Of a DNA stretch of 64,000 bases, positions 25,450 through 37,344 are shown piece by piece. Numbering within the stretch: position 1 is the first letter of the stretch; each line of letters starts with the position of its first letter. The notes beneath the pieces were generated by a model. That model did no database searches and was not told the DNA's origin. It was given only the letters and a program-made list of their open reading frames with translations. A program made the position numbers and the translations under genes. This DNA comes from Macrostomum hystrix (lineage: Eukaryota > Animalia > Platyhelminthes), in the NCBI GenBank assembly GCA_950097015.1, contig CATNEN010000014.1, positions 2,232,001 to 2,296,000 on the forward strand, read 5' to 3'.

Positions 25450-25740
25450 CTTAGGATCTGGGATTGGGAATTGACTAAAGATGGGGATCTGGGATTGGGA
25501 ATCGACTAAAGATGGGGATCTGGGATTGGGAATCGACTTAAGATGGGGATCTGGGATTGGGAATCGACTTAAGATGGGGATCTGGGATTGGGAATCGACT
25601 AAAGATGGGGATCTGGGATTGGGAATCGACTAAAGATGAGGATCTGGGATTGGGAATCGACTAAAGATGGGGATCTGGGATTGGGAATCGACTAAAGATG
25701 GGGATCTGGGATTGGGAATCGAATTAAGATGAGGATCAGG
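25450..25740. repeat. 31-bp G-rich minisatellite upstream of the TADA3 acceptor, about 9 copies
   Basis: Units of gactaaagatggggatctgggattgggaatc. Confidence 0.93.
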
Positions 25741-26037
25741 GAATCGGTGATAGGGCTAACATGGAAGGGAACCACATGCTGATTGCAAACTGTTGATCGC
25801 ATTATACATGGCGCAAGGAAGCAAGCTCTGCAGCCGCCACACCTGTATGCGATCGATCACAGAGGTTGCAGATCTTTGTGATCATTTTTACTGTTCGCTG
25901 GCAGTCAAGAAAACATTTGCACTTTTAGGCCGATCGCAAATTGACTTTACATCAAAAAGCACTCAGCGAGGCCTAAAAACTGTTGTGAAACCAGCGTAGA
26001 TAGCTATACATGCTGCAGTTAGTCAGTAAGGTCGCTT

Positions 26038-26070
26038 TTGATTGGCTCGTATTGGCGGGAAACCCGCGGA
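26038..26070 (-). promoter_or_regulatory. Candidate TADA3 promoter: CCAAT boxes and an E2F-type site
   Basis: gattggc/attggc and TTGGCGGGAAA at 26052-26062; motif match only. Confidence 0.4.
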
Positions 26071-26929
26071 ATTTCCACGCAAGCTCAAAGAGGGTCCTAT
26101 TTCGAAGAAACGAAAAGAAAAAATACGACAAGCTTGTTAGGGTAGAAAATTTTCTGTTAAATTTATTATTTAGTCTAAAATCATAGAAGTCTGTTTAGCT
26201 ACTTAAAAAAACAAAACATATTCAGGGAAAAATGCGATCCGATTTCGTCTGATAATAACAATATTTCTGATTGGCAGTCAATAGTAAATCAGTTTCTCTA
26301 AGAAAAAGTACAAAGGCAAATAAAAACAAATAAAACATCAGCAGTCAGCTCCCCTGTGCGTTTAGCGAACAAAGCTTTGAGCAGGAAAAGTATCTAAAAG
26401 GAAAAGAAAAAAGCAATCAAAAGAAAGAATTTGACAACAGAAATAACGTGTAGGTGCCGCCGAGGTAAAAAAAAGAATAAAACTCTGAGACAAGGCGCTG
26501 TCGCGGCCAGGTGCGAACTAAAAAAACCAAAGCTGTTGAAAAAAAACAGATTTCTTTTTACAAAGTTTACACTCGAAGGCAAAGAAAGCTACAACAGGGT
26601 AGAGAGCTGCTGGCACTGCTTGCACTACTTACTGCGAGTAATAACTACAGAGCCAACTTGAAAATAGAAGCACTAATATGCGATCAATTAGGAGCTACAA
26701 AAAGCCTAGGTTAAAAACAAGGAAGAAAACCGCTAGCGACTATCACACAAGTCTGATACAGGTGACTCCGGATCTACCGGATTTTAATTAAATGATTATT
26801 TTATAGACGCACTAGTTTAGGCCTAGAAAATTAACTAAATACTGTACTCAACCAGCTACTCTACGCTGCTTAACCATAGTCTACCTTAGTCTACTCGACC
26901 AGGTAGCCTACTAATTTCAACCATATGGT

Positions 26930-27680
26930 CTACACTCAAACCAGGTAGTCAACTCAAACATGTAGTCTACTTAACCAGGTACTCTACTCAACAAGGTACT
27001 CTACTCAACAAGGTACTCTACTCAACAAGGTACTCTACTCAACAAGGTAGTCTACTCAACAAGGTAGTCTACTCAACCAGGCAGTCTACTCAAACAGGCA
27101 GTCTACTCAACCAGGCAGTCTACTCAACCAGACAGTCTACTCAACCAGGCAGTCTACTCAACCAGGCAGTCTACTCAACCAGACAGTCTACTTAACCAGA
27201 CAGTCTACTCAACCAGGTACTCTACTCAACAAGGTAGTCTACTCAACCAGGTAGTATACTCAACCAGGCAGTCTACTCAACCAGGCAGTCTACTCAACCA
27301 GACAGTCTACTTAACCAGACAGTCTACTCAACCAGGCAGTCTACTCAACCAGGCAGTCTACTCAACCAGACAGTCTACTCAACCAGGCAGTCTACTCAAC
27401 CAGGTAGTATACTCAACCAGGCAGTCTACTCAACCAGGTAGAATACTCAATCAGGTAGTCTACTCAACCAGGTAGTCTACTCAATCAGGTAGTCTACTTA
27501 ACCAGGCAGTCTACTCAACCAATTAGTATACTCAAACAGGTAGAATAATCAACCAGGTAGTCTATTAAGCTAGGCACAATGTCCTACTCAATCAGAAATA
27601 ATGTCCTACTCAATCAGAAACAATGTCCTACTCAATCAGAAACAATGTCCTACTCAATCAGAAACAATGTCCTACTCAGC
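26930..27680. repeat. 17-bp array (agtctactcaaccaggc, to about 27560) followed by a 22-bp array (caatgtcctactcaatcagaaa)
   Basis: Tandem units downstream of the ankyrin/SOCS gene stop codon. Confidence 0.9.
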
Positions 27681-27769
27681 CAGATATCGACCCCAGTAAC
27701 TGAAGTAAGTCTACTCAGGCCAGGGCCAGGCTGTGAGCGGCAGGCCCAGGCCCAGTAACTGAAGTAAGT

Positions 27770-29026
27770 CTACTCAGGCCAGGGCCAGGCTGAGAGCGAC
27801 AGGCCCAGGCACAGGAAGGCGCGCAGGCCCCCAGGCAGCCAGTTGGCAGTTTGTCGAGCCGCATTCGGTGCCAACTGACGAAGCCGGCGCCAAGCCGCCC
27901 GACGCGCCAACACAGCTAAAGTCTCCGGACGCTGGCCGGCGACCATCTCGACTGCCCATTCAGCCAGCGGCGAAGAAGACAGGTCAAGATTCGGCTGCGG
28001 CGAGGCACCGAAGGTGATGAGCACCTCGGCTACTCGGCAATGCGCTCGGCGACAGGCGGCCGACAGCGGCGTCTCGCCGGTCGGGCCCCAGCGGGCGTTG
28101 ACGTCGGCACCGGCGCTGGCAAGGAGCAGCGCCGCTTCTGGCTGATTGTGGGTCGACGCGTAGTGCAGAGGGGAGCCCAGGCACCTGGACAGAGTGGCAG
28201 CGAAAGCTGTAGAGCCTGAGCACTGCTCATTTGGTCATAGGATGACTACCGGGGCTATGAGCACTACAGAGGTCATTTGTAAAGCATGACTGACCTACAA
28301 GGGCTATGACCACTACAGAGGTCATTTGTAAAGCATGACTGACCTACAAGGGCTATGACCACTACAGAGGTCATTTGTAAAGCATGACTGACCTACAAGG
28401 GCTATGACGACTACAGAGGTCATTTGTAAAGCATGACTGACCTACCAGGGCTATGACCACTACAGAGGTCATTTGTAAAGCATGACTGACCTACCAGGGC
28501 TATGACCACTACAGAGGTCATTTGTAAAGCATGACTGACCTACCAGGGCAATGACGACCCTAAAATGAGGTCATACATTTGGTCATAAGAGAGGCAAGCC
28601 GAATTCCATTCATCACGGGAATTACCAGCCCTAGAGGTAATTGAGTAGGTAGTTTGAGCTTTTCTATCGAATAAAAAACTGGCGCGCAGCTCACCTGTCC
28701 ATCCGGTCCAGACAGGCGCCGCGAGCAATGAGCAGTCGGACCAGAGCCAGGTGGCCTCCGCCAACAGCCAGGTGCAACGGAGTGGAGCCGCATTCGTTGT
28801 CAGCATCCAAGCTGGCGCCCCGGCCAATCAGATAGGCGGCGATGTCAGATAATCCAGCTGAGCAGGCCTCGTGCAGGCCCGTGTTGCCATACGGCCCGGC
28901 TCGAGTGTCCACGTCGAAGTCGCCGACTCCGAGGCCGCGCATCACCGCGGACAGCCGACCAGCGCGCACGTGACCCAGCCAGCGGTTGGCTTCGACCTCT
29001 CGGTGGGCGGCAGTCAACAGAAGCAT
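27770..29026 (-). CDS. Ankyrin repeat and SOCS-box protein (ASB-like), 2 exons
   Basis: Exons 29026-28695 and 28184-27770. Ankyrin repeats GNTGLHEAC, GSTPLHLAV, GSPLHYA, GETPLSAA; SOCS-box-like C-terminus PETLAVLARRAAWRRL...LPGGLRAFL. Start codon uncertain. Confidence 0.82.
28250..28548. repeat. 49-bp minisatellite, about 6 copies, ASB intron
   Basis: Units of ggctatgaccactacagaggtcatttgtaaagcatgactgacctacaag. Confidence 0.93.
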
Positions 29027-29415
29027 TCCCAATCTCTAATGCTAACTAAGAAAATTACAAACTACAAGTAAAAATAGGCTGCGTTTTCTATTACTGCTGC
29101 TGGCAGTAGTCTGTTCTGGCTGTGATAACTAAATTAGAAATAAGTCCTAAAAATCACCCGATTATGTACTAACTTGAGTTACTATTCTAGCTAATGATTA
29201 GCGATCAAATATTTTCGCCGCCTCGCCGATCTCCAGTGCCCAACAACTGTGAGCACCTGGCTAAAAAGATGCTGAAATGAAGTTTAGTTGGTGACGCACG
29301 TTAATTGCAAAATCCAATCGCCGGAATTCCAAAGGTCGCTCCAAAGAGAGAATGAGAAATTCAGAGCCTTAAAAAGCTAGTTTTCTCTCTTAAATGAGTG
29401 GATACCACTTTGATG

Positions 29416-29590
29416 GAGCGTTAACGTACCCGACTTTTACACCAAAGGGTCGTGAGTTCGAATCCCCAGCAATCATCAGGGGTGGTTAGCATTTATATTT
29501 AAGGAAGCCCTGAGTACATCATCACAGCATTCGGCAGATTCGAGGAAGATGCCCTAACAACCCTGTGCTGAGCAACCAAATAACATTACA
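29416..29590 (+). mobile_element. tRNA-derived SINE-like fragment
   Basis: B-box ggtcgtgagttcgaatccc after a tRNA-like arm; no acceptor stem. Confidence 0.45.
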
Positions 29591-29811
29591 CACTTGCCGA
29601 TATGTTTCGAAATGATTTTGGCTTACGTAAGAAATATAACAACGCTAACAAGCTAACAATTGGAAAAGGATTTCAAATGCCTTAAAATGAGCGGGCATTC
29701 GCACGATTTACTGAATCAATAAAACTAATAACTAGAAACCGTTTCAGAATGGAAGAAAGCATTAAATTGCTCTTCAAGCGGTGCGCAATGTGCTACTAGT
29801 CAACAGTAGTA

Positions 29812-32248
29812 TCAAGCGCACAGCGTAACTGGCAGCTCGCTCAAGCTGACTTGAATGTCAACCGGATCGAAGAACTCATTGTCCAGAAAATAGGGCGTCT
29901 CCGTTTTTCTTCGCTTCTCCTGCTCCTCGGCAGTTTCCTGTTGGAGCTGCTGCCGCCGCTGCTCCTGCTGCTGCAGCTGAACTGCAACACTCCCTGCTAG
30001 CAGCTGAGTCTCTGCCGATTCCGCGTAGAATCTGCCGATGCAGGCCGCTAGCGTAGCCGATTTGACGCCGTCAGCATCGAGACCGGAGCTCCTGGTGCCG
30101 ATGGCGCGCCACAGCTGGCCGAGAGTCAGCCGGGCGGGCAGCACCTGGGGAGAATTCGACGGTGTATACAATAGGTCATTGGTGGAATGATAATTGGTCA
30201 TGGGTGGATTGATAATTGGTCATGGGTGGATTGATAATTGGTCATTGGTGGACTCCAAGTGCTCATGGGGATGGATTGATAATTGGCCACGGGTGGATTG
30301 ATAATTGGTCACGGGTGGATTGATAATTGGTCATGGGTGGATTGATAATTGGTCATGGGTGGACTGACAAGCGGTCATGGGTGGATTGATAATTGGTCAT
30401 GGGTGGATTGATAATTTGTCCCTGAAGCCAGTCACCTGCAGAAGGACGCCACCTGAGGCAGCATCCGGACTCAGCCGAATGCCCATAGTGGCTGGGACCT
30501 CTAGCCGACGCCGAACTCCGCAGTCAGGATTCACCGTCGACAGCGCCTGCTGCTGCTGAGAAGCCGCTGGTCGCTGGCTGACGTTGAGCAGTCTGCTGGC
30601 CAGGCTGCGCTGCGGGGCGACTGCAACGCAGCGAGCGCAACCCGGACACACGGGCGTCCAGTCGATGACGCAGGCAACGGGGGCAGCGGAGGCGGCGGCG
30701 GTGGCGGAGGAGGCAGCCTCGCCCACCCAGTGCAGGCAGCGCTGCGCCAGGCTGGGCAGGTTGCGGCGAATGGCGGACGACTCGGTTTTGCGTTCGCGCT
30801 GACGCAGGCGGCACCTGTGAGGTGAGAACAGTCTTCAGGTGTCCTATTCATTTTACCTACCAGGGATTAATAGGGATCTCAGGGAATCTGAAAAAATAGC
30901 AGTCGCAATTCCTAGGGATCTGGAGGATTAGCAGCCGGAATCCCTGGGGATCTGGGAGATTAGCAGCCAGAAGCCCGGAGGATTTTGGAGAAAAGCTGAC
31001 GCAATCCCTGGGGATCGGGGAGATTATCAGCCGGAATCCCTGAGGATTTGGAAGATTAGATGGCCAAATCCCTGGGGATCTGGGAGATTTTCAGCCGTAA
31101 TCCCAGCGGATCAGGGAGCATACCACTCGAGTCCCGTCAGGCAGTAGGTGTCCCTGGTTGTCCCGTCGTTGCCAAGCTGCACTCGAACTCGCATCGGCCG
31201 AACTGGCGTCTGCAAGGAGGATATTGCTGGCCGCGCCGACTTAGTAGCCAATAGCAGCGATTCGACGGTGCGTCGACAGGCATCAGGCATGTCGTCAGCG
31301 CCCGCTAATGTCACAGACGAAACGGAATCGCTGCGCCGGCCCAGCGGAGCGGCGGCCAACGGCAGGCGGGCTGCGGCGCGGTGCGAGTCCGGTCTACGCA
31401 GGAGGCCCGTGACGGCCTGCATCAGGGTGCCGTCCCCGCCAGCCACCAGCACCGCGTCAGTGCTGCCAAGGTCCAGCACCTCCATGTAGCCTTTGTTCTC
31501 GTCTTCATCATCGCCTTCAACGAGTTGCACCTGCACAGCGGCGGTTTGAGAACGTTGATATTGCACCATAGGAGTGACATTAAGGAGTGAGTGGCAGAGC
31601 GGTCTAACGCTTTTGCCTCTCGCACCAAGGTCCCTGAGCTCGATTCCGCGGCGAGGCCAAGTTTATTTATGGGGCGCAGCCAGTGTACACTGCCTGGCGA
31701 TAGAGAGCCAGGGCAGATGTACACACCTGCGTGCGCCTGCGTACAGTATCTGTGTGTGTGTGTGTGTGTGTGTGTGCTTAGGAGTCAGTGAAATCGGCAA
31801 AATCGCCACATCGCTGACTGCGGGTCCAGTGTCACTAAATGATGTGCCATTGCCCGCAGCCCTCCTGCAAACAAAATTAATATTTTAATGGGAGTGACAT
31901 TGGATTTCACACATAATATTACAGCGAGAAAAAGTGTCCGACCTCGAAGCCGGCCAGGTGCAGCATGGGAGACAAGGCCTTCTCAAACCAGGCACTTTTA
32001 GCTGATCGAGGATTATAGAGCACTGTAACTCGCCGCGGCTGCTGCTGCTGCTGCTGCAGGCGGCGCCCCACGCCGACTGGCTGCCACTGGCTCACGGGCG
32101 CGTCGCCAAAGTTCTTGGCCCAGCGGCAGTAGCGCCGCAGTGCGTCCCGCTCGGTGTGCCGCTTGTACAGCCAGTTGGCCAGGCAGCCAGCGGCGGCAAC
32201 GCCCGCGAGGCACTTCTTCGGATTGTCGCGAACAACGCGTAGGATCGG
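29812..32248 (-). CDS. AGK: Acylglycerol kinase (DAG-kinase family), 4 exons; no genomic ATG at the conserved N-terminus
   Basis: Exons 32248-31943, 31530-31124, 30814-30436, 30144-29812 are phase-consistent. N-terminal anchor RDNPKKCLAGV..WLY, RVTVLYNP, VAGGDGTLMQAVTGLLRR, YCLTGLEW and YFLDNEFF follow the AGK motif order. Confidence 0.9.
30175..31110. repeat. AGK intronic repeats: 22-mer ggtggattgataattggtcatg (30175-30415) and a degenerate ~30-mer (30880-31110)
   Basis: Tandem units inside AGK introns 3 and 2; exon 3 lies between them. Confidence 0.8.
31582..31890 (+). mobile_element. tRNA-derived SINE, family 1, copy D (AGK intron 1), with 11-bp target-site duplication
   Basis: A-box tggcagagcgg, B-box-like gctcgattcc; ggagtgacatt at both 31571-31581 and 31891-31901. 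Confidence 0.88.
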
Positions 32249-32292
32249 CTGCAACCGGAGCCGGTCAGGTTTTTATAGGAGAGCGCTAATAT

Positions 32293-32632
32293 TTATAATA
32301 ATAATAATAATAATTGCAGGAGGGCTGCGGGCAATGGCACATCATTTGGTGGCACGAGACCCGCAGCCAGCGAGGAGGCAATTCTGCCCAGTTCGCTGAC
32401 TCCTGAGCACACACGCTCACCCACACTGTACGCAGGCACATGCTCACACAGGTGTGTTCATATCTGCCCCTGTGCCTTGGAGGTTGGCCCTCAAGGGCGT
32501 AAATTGCACAACAAGCCCACCAAGCCTTCTCTCCGCGGCTGCGCCCCAAACGAATGTGGCCTCGCCGCGGAATCGAGCTCAGGGACCTTGGTGCGAGAGG
32601 CAAATGCGTTAACCGCTCTGCCACTCACCCCC
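32293..32632 (-). mobile_element. tRNA-derived SINE, family 1, copy A, with (ATT)n tail
   Basis: Same head and 3' domain as the other copies; ends about 45 nt upstream of the AGK 5' acceptor. Confidence 0.9.
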
Positions 32633-33692
32633 AGGAGGGCGACAAAAAAACAGATTAACTGCCCAACGCACTATTTTTAAATGACATAATCCGTTTCTTA
32701 AATATTTTTAGAGAGACATTCCCGCCATTTTCACAAGACTTCAAGTGAATTTTTACTAAAAAATAAAACATGGCAAAATTTCACCTGCAATCCTTAAAGA
32801 CTTCTCGCTCTTACAGTGACACCTGAACTTAACTACAAATCTAAGTATTTAAAGTAAAAAGGCAGACTAGAGTTGGATGGTTTTTGTTGAAGAAAAACTA
32901 TAAAAAGAGACTGTTTAACTTGCACTTGTAATAAGCATTCACAACAAAATAAACAACAAAATAATAGCTTTCTTCCCCGCAGATTAGAAAACTAAATAAC
33001 AGCTGTAATAAATGATTTTATAAATAACGCAATACGCACAAATATTACTGTCAGTAGTGCAATGAGCTACATAGTAGCAATAATATAATTCGTGGGTAAG
33101 AATTGCCAAAGAAGCACAAAATAGTGCGAGAGGTCAGGAAAAAAGTCGGTATACAATGAAAAGTACGATTTCGAACAACAGAAATCACAATATTGAAGGC
33201 TGCGCGGATGTCAGGCATGGGATAGGGGAAAATTGAAATACAAGAAAGACGGGACAACGATCATTTCTCTATTTTCAATTTTTTCGGCGCCGTTGAAAAA
33301 TAACAGTGAAAATGTTTCAATATAAAATATGTGATATTTAAATAAATACGCATGTAATTTAGGCCACAATGTGTTGAAAAAATCTCGATTTGAATGTGCA
33401 AATCATACTACTGCCATATAGACAGTTATCAGTAGTTTAATACGGATCTGCAGATTGCATAATAACAAAATTATTAATGACTTCAGGGCTTACAGGCAGA
33501 GACAGAGACAGGATAAAAAACTTTTTGGTGACGGCTAGCGCGAGATAAAGTATAACAAAACTGATTTGTGTACATTCTATTTGATATGGAATGCTTTTTT
33601 ATCTGTTAAATGAAGCTCAACGAAGAGTGCTCAAAACACAATCACGAGAAAGCAATTTCAGATTGAAAAAATCCGAATTTGGAAATGAATGC

Positions 33693-34440
33693 TACCAGAA
33701 TACATGATAGCCTACCAGAATACATGATAGCCTACCAGAATACATGATAGCCTATCAGAATACATGATAGCCTACCAGAATACATGATAGCCTATCAGAA
33801 TACATGATAGCCTACCAGAATACATGATAGCCTACCAGAATACATGATAGCCTACCAGAATACATGATAGCCTACCAGAATACATGATAGCCCACCAGAA
33901 TACATGATAGCCTACCAGAATACATGATAGCCTACCAGAATACATGATAGCCTACCAGAATACATGATAGCCCACCAGAATACATGATAGCCTACCAGAA
34001 TACATGATAGCCTACTAGAATACATGATAGCCCACCAGAATACATGATAGCCTACCAGAATACATGATAGCCTACCAGAATACATGATAGCCTATCAGAA
34101 TACATGATAGCCTATCAGAATACATGATAGCCTACCAGAATACATGATAGCCTATCAGAATACATGATAGCCTACCAGAATACATGATAGCCTATCAGAA
34201 TACATGATAGCCTACCAGAATACATGATAGCCTACCAGAATACATGATAGCCTATCAGAATACATGATAGCCTACCAGAATACATGATAGCCTACCAGAA
34301 TACATGATAGCCTACCAGAATACATGATAGCCTACCAGAATACATGATAGACTACCAGAATACATGATAGCCTACCAGAATACATGATAGCCTACCAGAA
34401 TACATGATAGCCTATCAGAATACATGATAGCCTACCAGAA
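33693..34440. repeat. 20-bp minisatellite (ctaccagaatacatgatagc), about 37 copies
   Basis: Tandem units seen directly. Confidence 0.97.
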
Positions 34441-34515
34441 TGCAATTAATCAAGGACTTGAAAATTATAATATAAACTAATCCTAAAAGTAATTACTAGC
34501 TCTACTAGACTTTCA

Positions 34516-34798
34516 GGGGGTCCGTGGCAGAGCGGTTAACTCGTTTGCCTCTCGCACCAAGGTCCCTCAGCTCGATTCCGCGACGAGGCCACATTCATTT
34601 GGGGCGCAGCCGCGGAGAGGAGGTTTGGTGGCTTGTCGTGCAATTTACGCCCTTGAGGGCCAACCTCCAAGGCACAGTGAAAGTGCTCACTGCCTGACGA
34701 TGAGAAAGTGTTATAGGGTGTGTACTCAGGAGTCAGCGAATGGGCAGAATTGCCTCCTCGCTGGCTGCGGGTCTAGTGTCACCAAATGATGTGCCATT
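34516..34798 (+). mobile_element. tRNA-derived SINE, family 1, copy B (3'-truncated)
   Basis: Homologous to copies A, C and D up to aaatgatgtgccatt. Confidence 0.88.
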
Positions 34799-34940
34799 GG
34801 ATTCAACCAGCTGTAAAATTTGAGTGCTGCCCCAGCCATGGACTGAATAGCCTGTACTAAGCCAGGACAAAAATCTATTCTGGTCTGAAAAGACAGACGG
34901 GCCGGGAAGGATTGGTAGTAAAATCTGCTTGTCATGGTCA

Positions 34941-37344
34941 TTAATGAAGACTGGCCTCGGTATCATCATCAGCAGAGGCTGCGGCCACATCCTCAGTGAG
35001 GCTGGGCGTAGCATCGGCTCCATCTTCAACAACATCGCCAGTAGCTTCCAGCTGAGGCGGATCTTCAGGATGCTCATCGTCTCGATCGTCTGGCTGCGAC
35101 TCTTCCAGGCCGTTGTTCGGCTCGCGCTTCAACAGGCCAGTCGGGTGATCGGCAGCAGCAGCCGCCCAACTGTCGCCGGCGCCGCAACGTTTAACGCGAC
35201 CGCCACCCAGCGGGGCGCCGTCATGATGCAGGCGCTGATGTCGCGTCAGGGCGTTGATCTGAACGAACCAGGCGCCGCAGACGTCGCACTCGTGGGTGAC
35301 AGTTGGCCGTACACCGCCGGGACCCGAGTGGACATTCTGGATGTGATTCTGCAGGTGGACTCGCTGGTTGAAGCGGGCGCCGCACGTCACGCAGTGAAAA
35401 GGCCGCTCGTTGGTGTGCGTCCGGTAATGCAGCATCAGGTTGCACCTGCGGTCGACAACGAGCGCTGAGGTAGAACTTTGAATTCCCAGATCCTCAAATT
35501 TAACAGACATTATTTCCAGATCCTCAAATTTAACTGACATTATTTCCGAATCCTCAAATTTAACTGACATCATTCCCAGATCCTCAAATTTAACTGACAT
35601 CATTTCCAGATCCTCAAATTTAACTGACATCATTCCCAGATCCTCAAATTTAACTGACATTATTCCCAGATCCTCAAATTTAACTGAAATTATTCCCAGA
35701 TCCTCAAATTTAATAGGCATTATTCCCAGATCCTTAAATTTAACAGGCACCATTCCCAGATACTCAAATTTAATAGGCACCATTCCCAGATCTTCAAATT
35801 TAACAGGCACCATTCCCAGATCCTCAAATTCAACAGGCACCATTCCCAGATCCTCAAATTTAACAGGCATTATTCCCAGATCCTCAAATATAACAGGCAT
35901 TATTCCCAGTACTTATATCTTATAAAGATTATGATTTTTGGCAGAAAACACGGCAATTAAGGGTACCGATAGGAGAATCGCTTCTGGCACTTGTCGCACT
36001 TAAACCGCTTGTTAGTGTCGTGCAGCTTCATGTGTCGGCGCAGGCTGCTCTGATGCGGGAAGCAGCTGCTGCACACGCGGCAGAGCCACGGCTTGGCGCT
36101 CTCCTCGCCAAGGTAGGCCTCGTCTTCCAATAGCTCGGCTCCGTTTGGCGGCGAATGATGCGAGTACTGCTGCTGCTGCTGCTGCTGAATGTGCTGCTGA
36201 AGCTGCGGGTTAAGATGCTGGTGATGAGGCAGAGCCGACTGACAAACAACTCCAGCGGGTCCGCTATCGCCAAGGAATGCGGCTCTGGCCTCTTGCTGCT
36301 GCTGCTGCTGCAGACTGCGTTGGCAGCGTCGTCGATGGTTGCCATGGTGACGAGAGGGGACGCTGCCGAAGCCGGTTGGCAGCTGTCTGGCCAGACTGGA
36401 AATAGAAGCGGCAGTCGGCACGGACACTGCGGCCAGGAACTCGGCTGGGAACACCGGCTGGCTGGAGACTGCGCTGCCATTCTCCAGCATTGAGGATAAA
36501 TTTCCCAGTAGCACCGAGTCCATGGCGATCTGGCAGAGGATGAATTTTACCTTAACAACTTGAGAACTAAATTTTGGCTGCCAGAAATTTTGGCATTTGA
36601 TCGAGTGGCACGATTGCATTTTTAGGGAGAAATTCCGTATAGATTGGGCATTTCGGGATAATTTTTTTGAATTTGGTATTTAAGGATAAACTATATTTTA
36701 GTTAACGATTTCGGGATAAATTGTATTTTTATTGACAATTTAGGGATGAATTTGAATACTGAAATGGAAGGGTGAGGATTATAACATTCTTAGATAACTG
36801 TGGGGCCTAAAACTGTTATATTAGACTTTTATTATTGGGAAAAAATACAACCGATGAGCTACTCATGGTACTTAAAGTAGAATGAGTAGCTTATTTGCCG
36901 CATTAACAAATATTAATACTCGCGCAGCGCGTGCAGTTTCTGCGCCTCACTCACCTTGGTCTCAATGGAGCCGGCAATGCTGGTGGCGGCAGCTGACACC
37001 GCGGCTGAAACGGCGGCGGCGGCAGCAGCTGCGGCTTGGCTTCCAGCTGAGGCGGCCGCATCGCCAGCTGCCAGAGCCGGCAGAGTGTCCTCAGTCTCGC
37101 CGCAGTGGTACAGCAGCCGATGCTCCTCCATCAGGTGTTTCTCGGTGGTGACTGCGTTGCACAAGGCGCAGGTGTGCAGAGTGTAGAAAATGGGCTCGCC
37201 CGGGTGGGCCTCAGCAATGTGCTGCTGCAGGCGCTTCTGGGCCAACGTCAGGAAAGTGCATTGCGGGCATCGCAGCACGTGCACTATGGCTTTCTCGGTG
37301 CCGCACAATGCCTGATGCTGCAGAGCGTGAGTAGGCGTTGCCAT
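34941..37344 (-). CDS. C2H2 zinc-finger protein, 3 exons, about 485 aa
   Basis: Exons 37344-36955, 36529-35967, 35445-34941. One finger (CDKCQKRFSY-R-CNLMLHYRTH) is completed across a phase-2 junction; HTNERPF linker. Confidence 0.87.
35480..35910. repeat. 30-bp minisatellite (tcctcaaatttaactgacatcattcccaga), about 14 copies, zinc-finger gene intron 2
   Basis: Tandem units seen directly. Confidence 0.93.

Noticed and set aside
34740-34790. Canonical HDV-like ribozyme in the SINE
   Set aside because: The P1 partner lies downstream rather than upstream, P1.1 GG is missing, and P2 conflicts with P3. Kept only as a motif observation.
23052-37344. Polycistronic operon of zinc-finger gene, AGK, ASB and TADA3 (all minus strand)
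   Set aside because: Gaps are 0.8-2.7 kb, and promoter-like CCAAT/E2F motifs occur upstream of TADA3 (about 26050) and ASB (about 29320). Co-orientation alone is insufficient, though not excluded.
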